NCBI GenBank assembly: GCA_018819405.1
Contig: JAHJQF010000001.1
Coordinates: 513,377-577,376 of the forward strand
Length of the DNA stretch: 64,000 bases
Reading direction: 5' to 3'
Origin: Patescibacteria group bacterium
GTDB lineage: Bacteria; Patescibacteriota; Patescibacteriia; UBA1558; GWA2-36-10
The translations under genes and the position numbers were made by a program. Position 1 is the first letter of the stretch. Each line of letters begins with the position of its first letter. Positions 9,744-19,470 of the stretch are shown here, one piece after another. Below the pieces are notes generated by a model. It was given only the letters and a program-made list of their open reading frames with translations. It had not been told where the DNA came from and ran no database searches.

Positions 9744-10208
9744 ATGGCCGTAATTATCAATTATCCGGTAGTAGAAAAGCCGGCACCTCACTTTGAGGGC
9801 AATGCTGTAGGTAATGCCCTTTGGAATCTGCTACAACTGGAGCAGGAAGGACACATATTGCCGGAGCTGCAGTTCCATCTGCAAGGAGGGAGGGTTTTGA
9901 CCCGCATGAAATTGGTGTCCAGCCAGTGTAAGGTGGATGAATGTACTGGTCATGTCACGGTTGTGGCTCGGGCGGCTACTTCCTGTCACTGCCCCTGCAG
10001 TCTGCAGAGGCTTCACTTCGTCCCGGACAACGGGGTGGCTATCGAACACGATGGTTTGATTGTGGCGATGACAGTGGGCTACCCCAGCTGGGAAGCCTGG
10101 ACAGTCATTGAGAATACTCACCTCAAGATCAGGAAGACATTCAAGCCGGATGGCAGCGTCGAGACCGAGGACCTCAATTCCAAACAGCCCAAGGATAAGG
10201 TAGGCTAG
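9744..10208 (+). CDS. hypothetical protein in a GC-rich island
   Basis: 154-aa ORF of about 55% GC in a genome of about 35% GC. Strong GGAAGGGG ribosome-binding site 7 nt upstream. No recognizable family. A 96-aa antisense ORF at 9831-10121 is probably an artefact of the high GC. Confidence 0.45.
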   Translation: MAVIINYPVVEKPAPHFEGNAVGNALWNLLQLEQEGHILPELQFHLQGGRVLTRMKLVSSQCKVDECTGHVTVVARAATSCHCPCSLQRLHFVPDNGVAIEHDGLIVAMTVGYPSWEAWTVIENTHLKIRKTFKPDGSVETEDLNSKQPKDKVG

Positions 10209-10224
10209 CCTTCAATACTGAGGG

Positions 10225-10280
10225 TAAAACTAAAGACCCGCATCATGATTGCGTCAAGCGCTTTCTAGCGGGTCTTTAAA
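10225..10280 (-). terminator. terminator downstream of miaB-miaA
   Basis: aaagacccgc...gcgggtcttt hairpin adjacent to the 10282 stop, with TAGTTTTA following on the minus strand. Confidence 0.5.
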
Positions 10281-10281
10281 A

Positions 10282-12312
10282 TTATTTCAAAAATTCTTTT
10301 ATTGATTTTTTTGTCTGAGTAATATTTTTGTTCCAGTGTATTTTTATACCTTGTTTTTCCATGCGGCGAAACCAAGTCATTTGCCTTTTGGCGTAGTGGC
10401 GGGTATTTTTTTTGATTTTATCAATGGCAGTTTCTAAGCTTATCTTGCCATCCAAATATTCTATGATTTCTCGGTAGCCAATACCAGTCAATGAGCTTAG
10501 TTTTTTGTGCGGGTATTTTTTGTAGAGTTTTTTGACTTCTTGTATTGATCCGTCACCGAACATTCTATCAACTCTTTTGTTTATTTTTTGGTATAGCTTG
10601 TCTCTGTCAGGGGAGAGTCCGAAGACAACAAAGTCATAAGGGCATTTTCTCAGCTGTGGATTTTTTGGATTTAAATCATAATTTTGTAAAATTGAAGATA
10701 TATAAAGTCCGGTGCCACCGGCAATAATCGGCAGTTTGTTTTTGGCCAAGATTTTTTTAATAGTTTTAAAAGCGTCCTGTTGCCAGTTATAAAGATTGTA
10801 TTCTTTATCAGGAGTGGTGATATCCAGCATATGATGGACAATACCTTTCATTTCCTCTTTGGTGATTTTATTGCTGGCAATATTCATACCTTTATAAATT
10901 TGTCTGGAATCAGCCGATATTATTTCGCCATTAAATTGTTTGGCAATTTTTACAGCTAAGTCAGATTTGCCGGCAGCAGTGGGCCCAAGGATAACAGCTA
11001 TTTTATCTTTCAATTTTGCTTTGACACCCCAGTGTTTGGCTTCTATTATATTGGCATTGTAAAATTTTCCGACATTAAGTGGTTTTTTGCTTTCAATGTG
11101 TACGGCCACATAGTTTGATAATTTGCCTATATTCAGATAATTGTCTCCGGTTTTGTTGACGGCATCTATCAAAACTTCTCGCTTTTGACCAATTAAGTTT
11201 TTATTAAATTCCAAAGATTGCTGTTCAATTATTGTGTTCAGTTTTTGCCAGCGGGATTTTTTGGTATTTTTTGGCACATCATCTTTGTATAGGCGCCAGG
11301 CTACAGTGCCAGCTCGGCTAGAATATTGGCCCAGGTAGGTCATATTATATTTCATCTCTTTGGCCAATTTGAGTGTGGCTTGAAAATCTTTATTTGTTTC
11401 CGAGCAAAAGCCTACTATAATATCTGTTGAAATTGCTATATTTGGTATTTTTTTTCTAATTTTTTTTATTAATTTTTTGTAGTCAGCTATTTTGTAATGG
11501 CGGTTCATTTTTTTAAGAATTTTGTTTGAGCCTGATTGTACAGGTAGATGCAGATAATCATTGAGATTTTTGCATTCAGCCATGATGTTTATGAGTTTGT
11601 CACTCATATCATAAGGATGGCTGGTTAAAAATTTTAACCAAAAATGATCTGATAAACTATCAATTTTTTTTAGTAATTCTGGGAAATCCAATTCTTTCTT
11701 ATTTTGTTTTATCAAATCTTTCCCATAGCTATTTACATTTTGTCCAAGGAGTATTATTTCTGTATAGCCTTTTGCTAGTAGTTCCTGGATTTCTTCTATT
11801 ACAGCTTTTGATGGTCTAGATACTTCTCGTCCACGGGTATAGGGGACAGCACAGTACGAACAAAATTTATTACAGCCTGTCATGATAGGTACATAGGCAC
11901 GATGTTTTGATTTGTAGCTAGGGCTGATATCAAAAAAATCTGGCAAAGCTAATTTTTCTTCGGGGGCAATATTTTTTAGTTGATCGGCCAAATTGTGAAG
12001 GTTTTTTATATCAATAAAAAGATCAAATTTATCAGCCAATTTTTTTTGGTCACGCTCTAAAATGCAGCCTGATAGCAGAGTTATTAGGGGTCTTTTTTCT
12101 TTGATAATTTGCCAATCTCTTAGTTTGCTATATAGTCTATCTACAGCCGCTTGTCTGACAGAGCAGGCTACAATACCAATAAGATCAGCATCTTTTTCCT
12201 GATTGGTCTCTTGGTAACCGAGCTTTTTCAAAACTGTCGCCAGACGTTCGGCATCAGAATAATTCATCTGACAGCCAAATATAATAAGATGAAATTTCTT
12301 TTTTCTTTGCAT
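10282..12312 (-). CDS. miaBA: fused tRNA-i6A37 methylthiotransferase MiaB / tRNA dimethylallyltransferase MiaA
   Basis: N-terminal half is MiaB radical SAM (CSYCAVPYTRG, TRAM end). C-terminal half starts IAVILGPTAAGKSDLAV (MiaA P-loop) and continues with the DSRQIYKGMNI MiaA motifs in one 676-688-aa frame. The ATG at 12312 is the likely start; the track start is TTG. Confidence 0.8.
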   Translation of the reverse strand: MQRKKKFHLIIFGCQMNYSDAERLATVLKKLGYQETNQEKDADLIGIVACSVRQAAVDRLYSKLRDWQIIKEKRPLITLLSGCILERDQKKLADKFDLFIDIKNLHNLADQLKNIAPEEKLALPDFFDISPSYKSKHRAYVPIMTGCNKFCSYCAVPYTRGREVSRPSKAVIEEIQELLAKGYTEIILLGQNVNSYGKDLIKQNKKELDFPELLKKIDSLSDHFWLKFLTSHPYDMSDKLINIMAECKNLNDYLHLPVQSGSNKILKKMNRHYKIADYKKLIKKIRKKIPNIAISTDIIVGFCSETNKDFQATLKLAKEMKYNMTYLGQYSSRAGTVAWRLYKDDVPKNTKKSRWQKLNTIIEQQSLEFNKNLIGQKREVLIDAVNKTGDNYLNIGKLSNYVAVHIESKKPLNVGKFYNANIIEAKHWGVKAKLKDKIAVILGPTAAGKSDLAVKIAKQFNGEIISADSRQIYKGMNIASNKITKEEMKGIVHHMLDITTPDKEYNLYNWQQDAFKTIKKILAKNKLPIIAGGTGLYISSILQNYDLNPKNPQLRKCPYDFVVFGLSPDRDKLYQKINKRVDRMFGDGSIQEVKKLYKKYPHKKLSSLTGIGYREIIEYLDGKISLETAIDKIKKNTRHYAKRQMTWFRRMEKQGIKIHWNKNITQTKKSIKEFLK

Positions 12313-12346
12313 AGAAGAAATTGTATATTTTTCCTTATAAAAAATC

Positions 12347-12380
12347 AACCCTTTGACTACGCTCAGGGTTGATTATTTTT
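12347..12380 (-). terminator. bidirectional hairpin terminator
   Basis: caaccct...agggttg stem with T-runs on both strands, between the 12381 stop and the miaBA start. Confidence 0.5.
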
Positions 12381-13646
12381 TTATTGGTTACTATCAGTTG
12401 GTTGAGCCTGATAAGAGCGGATGTTGAGATTGGGTTTGGTAGGCATCATTTTTTGTCTTTCCTGTATTTCTTTTCTTAGTACAGGATATTCTCGTAGGTT
12501 TTGTTCTAGTGTTCTTAATTTGACAGGATCAGTAGTGCTTTGGATTTTTTCCTTCAGGCCTTCTTGCTGTATTTCAATTAAGTTTTGTATTCTCTCTTTA
12601 AATTGTGGCATATCAAGACCTTGCAAAAATTCTAGATTGGCTGGGTGACTACGTAATTTGTTTTCAAATTGGTCCAAAAACTTTTCTTTTTCTTCATCAC
12701 TTAGGCTTTCAAAGCGTGTTCTTAATTGGCTATTGTATCTTTCAAAAGAATTAGCGATGGTTTGCCTAGTTTGAGCAGACAAATTTGGACTATCTTTCAG
12801 GTTACTTATAAATTTTTGTTTGACTACCTCGGTCGTTTTTATGTTATTGATATATTTTTCTATTTTTTCTTGATCTTGTCTGTCCAAATTTTCTAACTTT
12901 TGATTGAGTCTTTCTTCAGCTATTTCTTTGGCGGCTGTTATTTTGTCACCGGCTTCTTCTGGTAACACATTTTTTAATTCTTCTAAGGTAGCAATGTTTC
13001 TTAATTGTTTAAATTTGCTGCCCAGGTCATTATTTTGGATGGAATTTTCCAGTCTTTGTTGGATTTGATCCGGGTTTGTATTGTACCAGTTTAGGGCGTT
13101 TTCATCTTTTATTTTTTGGATTTCGTCAATAGTTTTATTTGGTGCTTTATTTCTCAATTTTTCGGCGACGTCACTTAGTATTTGTTGATGTCTCAATTGA
13201 TTGGTATCAAATTTGGTCAGAATGTCTTCAGAGATATTAGGATTGTCTTTAAGCTTTTGACTCAACTCTTCCATTCGGATCTGGTATTTAGCCAAAGCAT
13301 CTTCTATTCTTGTAGCAGCGTTATCAGTGCCTATTTCAGCTAGTTTTTTAGCTTCCAAAAGACGACGACTGGCTATTTCTTGTAATTTTTCAGCTTTTTT
13401 TTCTTGGTTGAAAGTAAAAAATAGACCGACATTTTCTTTGAGATTTTGCCACCAATAGCCGCCATCACCTGGTAAGACCAAAGGATCAGAAGTGCCCAAG
13501 GCGGGAGCGTCTATTTCATCAGCTTCATATTCAGCTAGAGCGTTGGCTAAATTATCGTTTGTTTGGGCTAAGGCACTATTTGAAAAAAATAACCCAGCAA
13601 ATAATCCGCTTATTAGAAATAAACTAAATAATTTAAAAATTTTCAT
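12381..13646 (-). CDS. secreted coiled-coil protein (hypothetical)
   Basis: N-terminal signal peptide MKIFKLFSLFLISGLFAGLFFSNSALAQ. The remainder is Q/E/K-rich and predicted coiled coil. Confidence 0.45.
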   Translation of the reverse strand: MKIFKLFSLFLISGLFAGLFFSNSALAQTNDNLANALAEYEADEIDAPALGTSDPLVLPGDGGYWWQNLKENVGLFFTFNQEKKAEKLQEIASRRLLEAKKLAEIGTDNAATRIEDALAKYQIRMEELSQKLKDNPNISEDILTKFDTNQLRHQQILSDVAEKLRNKAPNKTIDEIQKIKDENALNWYNTNPDQIQQRLENSIQNNDLGSKFKQLRNIATLEELKNVLPEEAGDKITAAKEIAEERLNQKLENLDRQDQEKIEKYINNIKTTEVVKQKFISNLKDSPNLSAQTRQTIANSFERYNSQLRTRFESLSDEEKEKFLDQFENKLRSHPANLEFLQGLDMPQFKERIQNLIEIQQEGLKEKIQSTTDPVKLRTLEQNLREYPVLRKEIQERQKMMPTKPNLNIRSYQAQPTDSNQ

Positions 13647-13679
13647 GATTTTTTAATTTTAATATTTAGTCGTTTTTTA

Positions 13680-13771
13680 CCCAGTTAGAAATTATAGAAA
13701 AATATTTTTACAAATAATAATATTTTATTCTGGTTTATAATTGTGAATTTCTAACTGGGTTTATTATAGCA
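13680..13771. repeat. palindromic intergenic element, variant TIR CCCAGTTAGAAATT / AATTTCTAACTGGG
   Basis: Inverted repeats at 13680-13693 and 13746-13759. The tail tctaactgggtttattatagca recurs as a 22-mer at 19427-19448. Confidence 0.65.
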
Positions 13772-13783
13772 TTTTAAGACAAG

Positions 13784-15202
13784 TTACAAAAGTTCATTGT
13801 CATGAGATTTTGATTCTCGCATTCCGGAATCGGTTATTCTGATAAACTGAGCGTTCTTTTTTAGTTCCTCTAAATTTCTGGCATTAGCGTAGCTCATACC
13901 TGACCGTAAGCCACCTACATACTGATTTAAAATATTTTTCACAGGGCCGCGGTAGGGGACACGAGCTTCTACTCCTTCTGGAGTAATTTTGTCCATACTT
14001 TCTTTGGAGTCAGGACGTGATAATGCGGCAGTGAGTGAAGCCATGCCGCGCGAAACTTTGTACTGTCTGCCATGATAATTGATAGTTGGACCTGGTGATT
14101 CGGTGGTGCCTGATAGCTGGCCACCCATCATAACAGTATCAGCTCCGGCAGCTAGTGCTTTGACCAGATCACCGGATTGTTTGATGCCACCATCTGCAAT
14201 CATAGGAATATCGTATTTTTTACACACCTGGTAAGCATTCATTATCGCTGTCAGCTGGGGTACGCCAAAACCAGTAGTAATCCTTGTGGTGCAAATTGAG
14301 CCTGGACCGACACCAATTTTGACAGCGTCTACACCGGCTTTTATAAGATCTTTGGCACCTTGGCCGGTAGCAATATTGCCACCAATTATTTCTACATTAG
14401 GATATTTTTCTTTGATTTTTCCTATAGTGTTGAGAGCGTTGTCAGAATGTCCATGGGCAATATCAAGTATCAGTACATCAACATCAGCTTGCACCAAGGC
14501 ATCAACTCTGTCCATAAAATCTGAACGCACTCCCACGGCAGCCCCAACCAAGAGTCGGCCGCGACTGTCTTTGCTGGCATTTTTTTCATTGTAATTTTTG
14601 GCGATGTCTGTGGCAGTAATCAGGCCTTTTATTTTAAAATCACTATCAATCAGAGGTAATTTTTCTATCTTATTTTCATTCATTATACGTTTGGCTTCAT
14701 CTATACTAATACCAAAGTGAGCAGTAATTAGCTTTTCTTTTGGCGTCATGAGCTTTTCTACCAATACATCGGCATCCTCAATAAATGAAATGTCTCGGTT
14801 GGTTAGTATGCCTAGTAGTTTTTGGTCATTGTCAGTTACCAAAAAACTTTTGCAGTTGAATTCCAGGATTTTTTCTTTGACTTCTTTGAGAGTATTTTTT
14901 GGTGAGACAAAAAATGGATTATCTATGATGATATTTTGTTTTCTTTTTACTTGAGATATTTTTTTGGCCTGAGTGGTGATATCACAAAAGCGGTGAATAA
15001 TGCCAATGCCGCCATAAATAGCCATGGCAATAGCCATACGACTTTCAGTGACAGTGTCCATATTGGCGGAGACTATAGGAATTTTTAGACTGATATTACG
15101 ACTGAGTCTGCTTGATACATCGACATCTTGTCGGGATTTTATGTCAGATTTTTGAGGCACCAATAAAACATCATCGTAAGTAAGCGCTGTCTTGATTTCC
15201 AT
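13784..15202 (-). CDS. guaB: IMP dehydrogenase
   Basis: [11 protein letters not shown] catalytic loop and a CBS-pair insert. Confidence 0.9.
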   Translation of the reverse strand: MEIKTALTYDDVLLVPQKSDIKSRQDVDVSSRLSRNISLKIPIVSANMDTVTESRMAIAMAIYGGIGIIHRFCDITTQAKKISQVKRKQNIIIDNPFFVSPKNTLKEVKEKILEFNCKSFLVTDNDQKLLGILTNRDISFIEDADVLVEKLMTPKEKLITAHFGISIDEAKRIMNENKIEKLPLIDSDFKIKGLITATDIAKNYNEKNASKDSRGRLLVGAAVGVRSDFMDRVDALVQADVDVLILDIAHGHSDNALNTIGKIKEKYPNVEIIGGNIATGQGAKDLIKAGVDAVKIGVGPGSICTTRITTGFGVPQLTAIMNAYQVCKKYDIPMIADGGIKQSGDLVKALAAGADTVMMGGQLSGTTESPGPTINYHGRQYKVSRGMASLTAALSRPDSKESMDKITPEGVEARVPYRGPVKNILNQYVGGLRSGMSYANARNLEELKKNAQFIRITDSGMRESKSHDNELL

Positions 15203-15292
15203 AAGCTTAGTATTAATTGGTTAAAACTAAATATGAGAATACAAATTTATAATCTTTTAGATCCCCATTCGGGGACTCCGCCTTTGGCGGGA

Positions 15293-17047
15293 TTATAAAA
15301 GAGTCAGGCTACGATTTTTGATGTCGGTTTTTATTTTTGAGATAAATTCTTTTTTGTCTATTTCCAAAAGATCTTGTTTGCCGCGTACTCTGACAAATAG
15401 TTTGTCAGAATTCATTTCTTTGTCACCAATGACTAGAGTATAAGGAGATTTTTCTTTGGCCGATTTGCGTATCTTGTTGCCGACGGTTTCATCAGACATA
15501 TCAATTTCAGTTATTATATTTTCTTCAGCAAATTCATCGGCAATTTTTTTAGCAAACTCAATATGATTTTGATTGACAGTTAGTATTTTGATATGGACAG
15601 GGGAGAGCCATAAAGGAAAGGCACCACCATAATGCTCAATCAAAATCCCTAAAAATCTTTCGGGAGAGCCAATAATGGCTCGGTGAATCATAACGGGAGT
15701 TTTTTCTGTACCGTCTTGGTCGGTATAACTGAGCTCAAATCTTTTTGGCATATTAAAGTCCAATTGAATGGTGGATATCTGCCACTGACGTGACAAAGCA
15801 TCTTTGGCAATTATATCCATTTTTGGCCCATAAAAAGCCGCTTCACCTGTAGCTGACTCGTATTCTATTTTATTTTCTTTGAGTAGTTTTTCTAAGAGTG
15901 TCTGAGATTTTTCCCAAACTTTTTCATCGCCGAGGTATTTTTCTTTTTGTTCGGGATCCCATAGTGACAACCTGACATAATAATTTAGACCATAAGTTTT
16001 TAGAGCTTCATTTATAATGCTCAAGACATTTTTGAATTCTGACTCTATTTGATCTTCACGGCAGAAACTGTGTCCATCGTCTTGAGAAAAACACCTTAGT
16101 CTGGTCAGGCCAGACAATTCTCCTGGCTTTTCGTCTCTAAAAAGATTCGCAAAATCAGAGTATCTGATAGGCAAATCACGATAACTTCTTTTTTTGCTAG
16201 CAAATATCTGAGTATGCTGAGGGCAATTCATTGGTTTTAGAAAGAATTCGTCTTTACTATAGTGAGAGCTAGCTGAAATCATATCATCTTTGAATTTTTC
16301 CCAGTGTCCGGAAACATGAAAAAGTTCAGCTCTGTTCATCTGTGGTGTGTGGACTTCTTGAAAGCCTATTTTATTTTGTAATTCATTAGAAAAATTTATA
16401 ATTTGGCGTCTGACATGAGCGCCTTTGGGAGTATAAAGAGGCATACCAGCACCGACTAGCTCTGAAAAAGTAAATAGATCCATTTCTTTACCAAGCTTGC
16501 GATGGTCTCTTTCTTTGGCTTGTTTTAGCTTTTCCAAATAATCATCCAGCTCTTCTTTTGTTTCAAAAGCTACGCCATAGATACGAGTGAGCATTTGGTT
16601 TTTTTCATCACCACGCCAATAAGCGCCGGCAGTAGTAGTGAGCTTAAAGGCGTCAATATTTATCTCTGAGCTTTTTTCCACGTGTGGTCCAGCGCACAAA
16701 TCAGTAAATTCACCGGAACTGTAAAAACTAATTTCTTCGTCTTCTGGCAAGTCATTGATTAGTTCAATCTTAAATATTTGATCGCTAGCCATTTTTAGGG
16801 CAGAGTCTCTAGCCGCTACTTGTTTGGAAAAATTAATGTTTTGTTTTATGATTCTTTTCATTTCTTTTTCCAGTTTTGGCAAATCATTGTCTGATAGTTT
16901 ATCAGGCAATAGAAAATCATAATAAAAACCATTTTCTATAGTTGGCCCAATTGCTAGTTTGGCATCAGGAAACTTTTTGAGTATTGCCATAGCCATGATG
17001 TGAGACAGAGAGTGTCTTACGCGGTGCATTTTTTCTTGTTTGTCCAT
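15293..17047 (-). CDS. thrS: threonine--tRNA ligase
   Basis: 584-aa class II aaRS with the HxxxH...CxxH editing/second-site motif and class II cores. Confidence 0.9.
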   Translation of the reverse strand: MDKQEKMHRVRHSLSHIMAMAILKKFPDAKLAIGPTIENGFYYDFLLPDKLSDNDLPKLEKEMKRIIKQNINFSKQVAARDSALKMASDQIFKIELINDLPEDEEISFYSSGEFTDLCAGPHVEKSSEINIDAFKLTTTAGAYWRGDEKNQMLTRIYGVAFETKEELDDYLEKLKQAKERDHRKLGKEMDLFTFSELVGAGMPLYTPKGAHVRRQIINFSNELQNKIGFQEVHTPQMNRAELFHVSGHWEKFKDDMISASSHYSKDEFFLKPMNCPQHTQIFASKKRSYRDLPIRYSDFANLFRDEKPGELSGLTRLRCFSQDDGHSFCREDQIESEFKNVLSIINEALKTYGLNYYVRLSLWDPEQKEKYLGDEKVWEKSQTLLEKLLKENKIEYESATGEAAFYGPKMDIIAKDALSRQWQISTIQLDFNMPKRFELSYTDQDGTEKTPVMIHRAIIGSPERFLGILIEHYGGAFPLWLSPVHIKILTVNQNHIEFAKKIADEFAEENIITEIDMSDETVGNKIRKSAKEKSPYTLVIGDKEMNSDKLFVRVRGKQDLLEIDKKEFISKIKTDIKNRSLTLL

Positions 17048-17054
17048 ATTTTTA

Positions 17055-17104
17055 CCCCGTTAAATGTTCGCCCCGCGAACACTGCAAAGCAGTATTTAAC
17101 GGGG
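17055..17104. repeat. CCCCGTTAAAT / ATTTAACGGGG palindrome with an inner GTTCGC/GCGAAC hairpin
   Basis: Lies between the thrS start and the leader terminator. Same TIR type as the elements at 22921, 35871 and 46736/47005. Confidence 0.6.
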
Positions 17105-17398
17105 TGAAAATTAAAATAACCCAAGACTAGTTAAGTCTTGGGACCCTGAGTGACTCCTAAGGAGTCAAACGGGCGGTTCCACCCAAGTTCCTCCTATAAA
17201 AGGAGGCAACTCATTTATTTTATTGAGATTTAGTCCCTGTTTTGAGGGATTCCATATGCTGGAAGAATAGTTGGTTGCTATTCCAATCATCTAAGGCGTT
17301 TATAATTATAGCTCATTTTAATATTTGTTGTAAACTATTGACAAAATAGTAAATACATGATATACTTAGATATTATTTTGAACTTTAAATTAGGTCAA
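17105..17398 (-). promoter_or_regulatory. putative T-box riboswitch leader of thrS (promoter, stem I, T-box, terminator)
   Basis: The minus strand reads GGAGGAACTTGGGTGGAACCGCCCG, matching the T-box core GGGUGGNACCGC. It is followed by the terminator CCCAAGACTTAACTAGTCTTGGG and a T-run. AACTTGGG of the T-box can pair with the 5' arm of the terminator as an antiterminator. A TTGACC-17-TAATAT promoter lies at 17370-17398 on the minus strand. A candidate ACC specifier sits in the loop CAACCAA. Confidence 0.5.
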
Positions 17399-17502
17399 AA
17401 AATATGGCCTTAGCAGTTAGTTTGGATATAAATCATCTGGTCTGACTGCTACGGCTATAATGTAACACGGACGTAGTAAAACTCTAGAATTGGAGGAAAA
17501 TC

Positions 17503-18003
17503 ATGAAGAAGCTCACCATCCTGTTCGCTTTGGTGTTGACTCTGCTTGCTTTGACCACGATCTTGGTCAACAGGCATGAGGGTGGTGTCTACCGACTGGA
17601 AGTTTCCGGGGACAGCATCAGTGATATGGTTCGTCGAGGCAATTATGATTGGACCAACTCCAACATCAATGATGACTACTTCACTGCTGATGCTCCGCAC
17701 GAAGCGAACATCATTATTTTCAAGCACTTCGGCGAGGACATGAGCACGAAGGCCGTGCTCAAAGCTCTGGATGACGACGGCTTACGTCCGGCAACTATGT
17801 CCGAGCTACTCGAGCTTGGCATTTGCTATCCCGAATTGCAGAAGCAGTTTCCTATCGTCGCCCTCGGTTCTATCTCTCAGGATCCGTATGGCGACCGCTC
17901 TGTCGGTTTCCTCTACTCCGTTGATGGTCAGCGCGAGCTCGGCCTGGACTGGATCGACGATGACTGGTACGACCACTTTCGTTTCGCCGCTGTCCGCAAG
18001 TAA
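17503..18003 (+). CDS. secreted hypothetical protein in a GC-rich island
   Basis: About 55% GC. Strong GGAGG ribosome-binding site 8 nt upstream. N-terminal signal peptide MKKLTILFALVLTLLALTT. No recognizable domain. Confidence 0.5.
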   Translation: MKKLTILFALVLTLLALTTILVNRHEGGVYRLEVSGDSISDMVRRGNYDWTNSNINDDYFTADAPHEANIIIFKHFGEDMSTKAVLKALDDDGLRPATMSELLELGICYPELQKQFPIVALGSISQDPYGDRSVGFLYSVDGQRELGLDWIDDDWYDHFRFAAVRK

Positions 18004-18106
18004 CTGGTTCTTGGCTACTTGTGTCCTCGGGACTTGATTGTCTCTTGCTTGTCCGCCGGAGCTCGCAAGAGCGTAGGCGGAAACACTTGGCCTCGGTCAG
18101 ATCGCA

Positions 18107-18153
18107 AAACTCCGTCTCAATATTCCCATCAGGGTGCGAGACGGAGTTTTTTA
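18107..18153 (+). terminator. rho-independent terminator
   Basis: aaaactccgtctc...gagacggagtttttt. Confidence 0.8.
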
Positions 18154-18171
18154 TTATCTAAAAATCCTCAA

Positions 18172-18206
18172 AACCCCCTCCTATTCGGCAGGGGGGGGGC
18201 TTTTGG
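18172..18206 (+). terminator. rho-independent terminator (second)
   Basis: ccccctcc tattcggca ggggggggg cttttgg. Confidence 0.6.
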
Positions 18207-18208
18207 TG

Positions 18209-18247
18209 AAAACCAACCTTCGAGGTTAACCTCGAAGGTTGGTTTTT
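18209..18247. terminator. bidirectional terminator
   Basis: Perfect palindrome aaaaccaaccttcgaggttaacctcgaaggttggttttt that overlaps the stop of the minus-strand gene at 18246. Confidence 0.8.
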
Positions 18248-19370
18248 ATTCGATTATTATATGATCTTTAAATCGGGGAGCAGATTTTACCCAAAATGGA
18301 GAAAAGTCTATATCAATTCTCTGTGCTTTAAAATCTTGGAAATATTGACGTAAGCCGTTTTCATCTAGACCAACCAAATCTTCTTTATTTATATTTAGAG
18401 CGTTTTGGCCATTATTTATTTCCGCTTCCAAACTTACTTCTATGACAGCTTCTTCTTTTTCAAAATTAATATCCAATATTTTATAATCAAATTTGTCAGG
18501 GTTGAATTTGATTAGTGTCTGACTACTAGCCAGTTCTTTTTGGAATTTTTCTTGGGCAAGCTCAAATAGTTTTTGTTGGTCAAAAATTAGGGCATGAGCC
18601 GTCACATTTTCAGTCACAGATGTTTCTTCGGATACATCTCCCAGCTCGCTGGACTCCACGACTTCAAATTCAAATATTATTTGTTTGGCGGATATTGATA
18701 GGTTTTCCGGTAAAATATTATTTATATTTTCTACAGCTTTTTTTTCGGCGCTAGTTTTTAATTCAGCTATTACTTTGTCAAGATTTTCTTGGCTGACACT
18801 ATAATGAGGAATTGAAGTTTGTTTCATTCCTTCTGTAGTCTCAGCATATATTTTGTCCTGTAAGCCCTCCCATAGTCCTGGTATGATAAAGGTAGTAGCC
18901 TCGGTTACGTATTCTGCACCTGTTTGATCGGCTTCGGCCCATACCTCTACTTGTCCGCCAGCTGGCACAGTCACACCTTCACTGATACGAAATAATTTAC
19001 CATCAGGTGTCAGTAGGCGAGTGGTTTTAATCAATGGTTGACTTTTAGAATAATTGTTGTAGATAGTGACATAGCCACCGGCTTTTTCACTGCTGCTCAT
19101 TTCTTGACTGCTTTTTATGTTGGCTGATATTTCAAATTCAGTGTTTATGATTTTACCCAATATAGCATCTGGTGATATTTCAGTAGTATCTTCAGATTGC
19201 ATTTCCACCAAAACAGAGCCAGTTTTGTTTTCCAGATTGTTATATATTTTTATTTTTACTTTAGCCAGAGCAAAGTGGACAATCATTAAAATAGCTACAA
19301 GAGTCAGAAAAAAGAAAAAAATAACTACTTTGGAATATATATTGCCTTTGGCTCTGGATGGATTTGTCAT
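18246..19370 (-). CDS. membrane-anchored hypothetical protein
   Basis: N-terminal TM helix followed by an acidic extracytoplasmic domain. Confidence 0.45.
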   Translation of the reverse strand: MTNPSRAKGNIYSKVVIFFFFLTLVAILMIVHFALAKVKIKIYNNLENKTGSVLVEMQSEDTTEISPDAILGKIINTEFEISANIKSSQEMSSSEKAGGYVTIYNNYSKSQPLIKTTRLLTPDGKLFRISEGVTVPAGGQVEVWAEADQTGAEYVTEATTFIIPGLWEGLQDKIYAETTEGMKQTSIPHYSVSQENLDKVIAELKTSAEKKAVENINNILPENLSISAKQIIFEFEVVESSELGDVSEETSVTENVTAHALIFDQQKLFELAQEKFQKELASSQTLIKFNPDKFDYKILDINFEKEEAVIEVSLEAEINNGQNALNINKEDLVGLDENGLRQYFQDFKAQRIDIDFSPFWVKSAPRFKDHIIIE

Positions 19371-19470
19371 ATTTTTTCAATTTAATTACTTTTAGCTAGT
19401 TAAACCGTTAGAAGCCTAGCTCCTTAGCAGGTCTAACTGGGTTTATTATAGCAGAGATATCAAATTAATA

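Noticed and set aside
9831-10121. 96-aa minus-strand ORF inside the GC-rich island
   Set aside because: High GC generates long ORFs on both strands. The plus-strand ORF has the ribosome-binding site and ATG. Kept as a possibility but not called.
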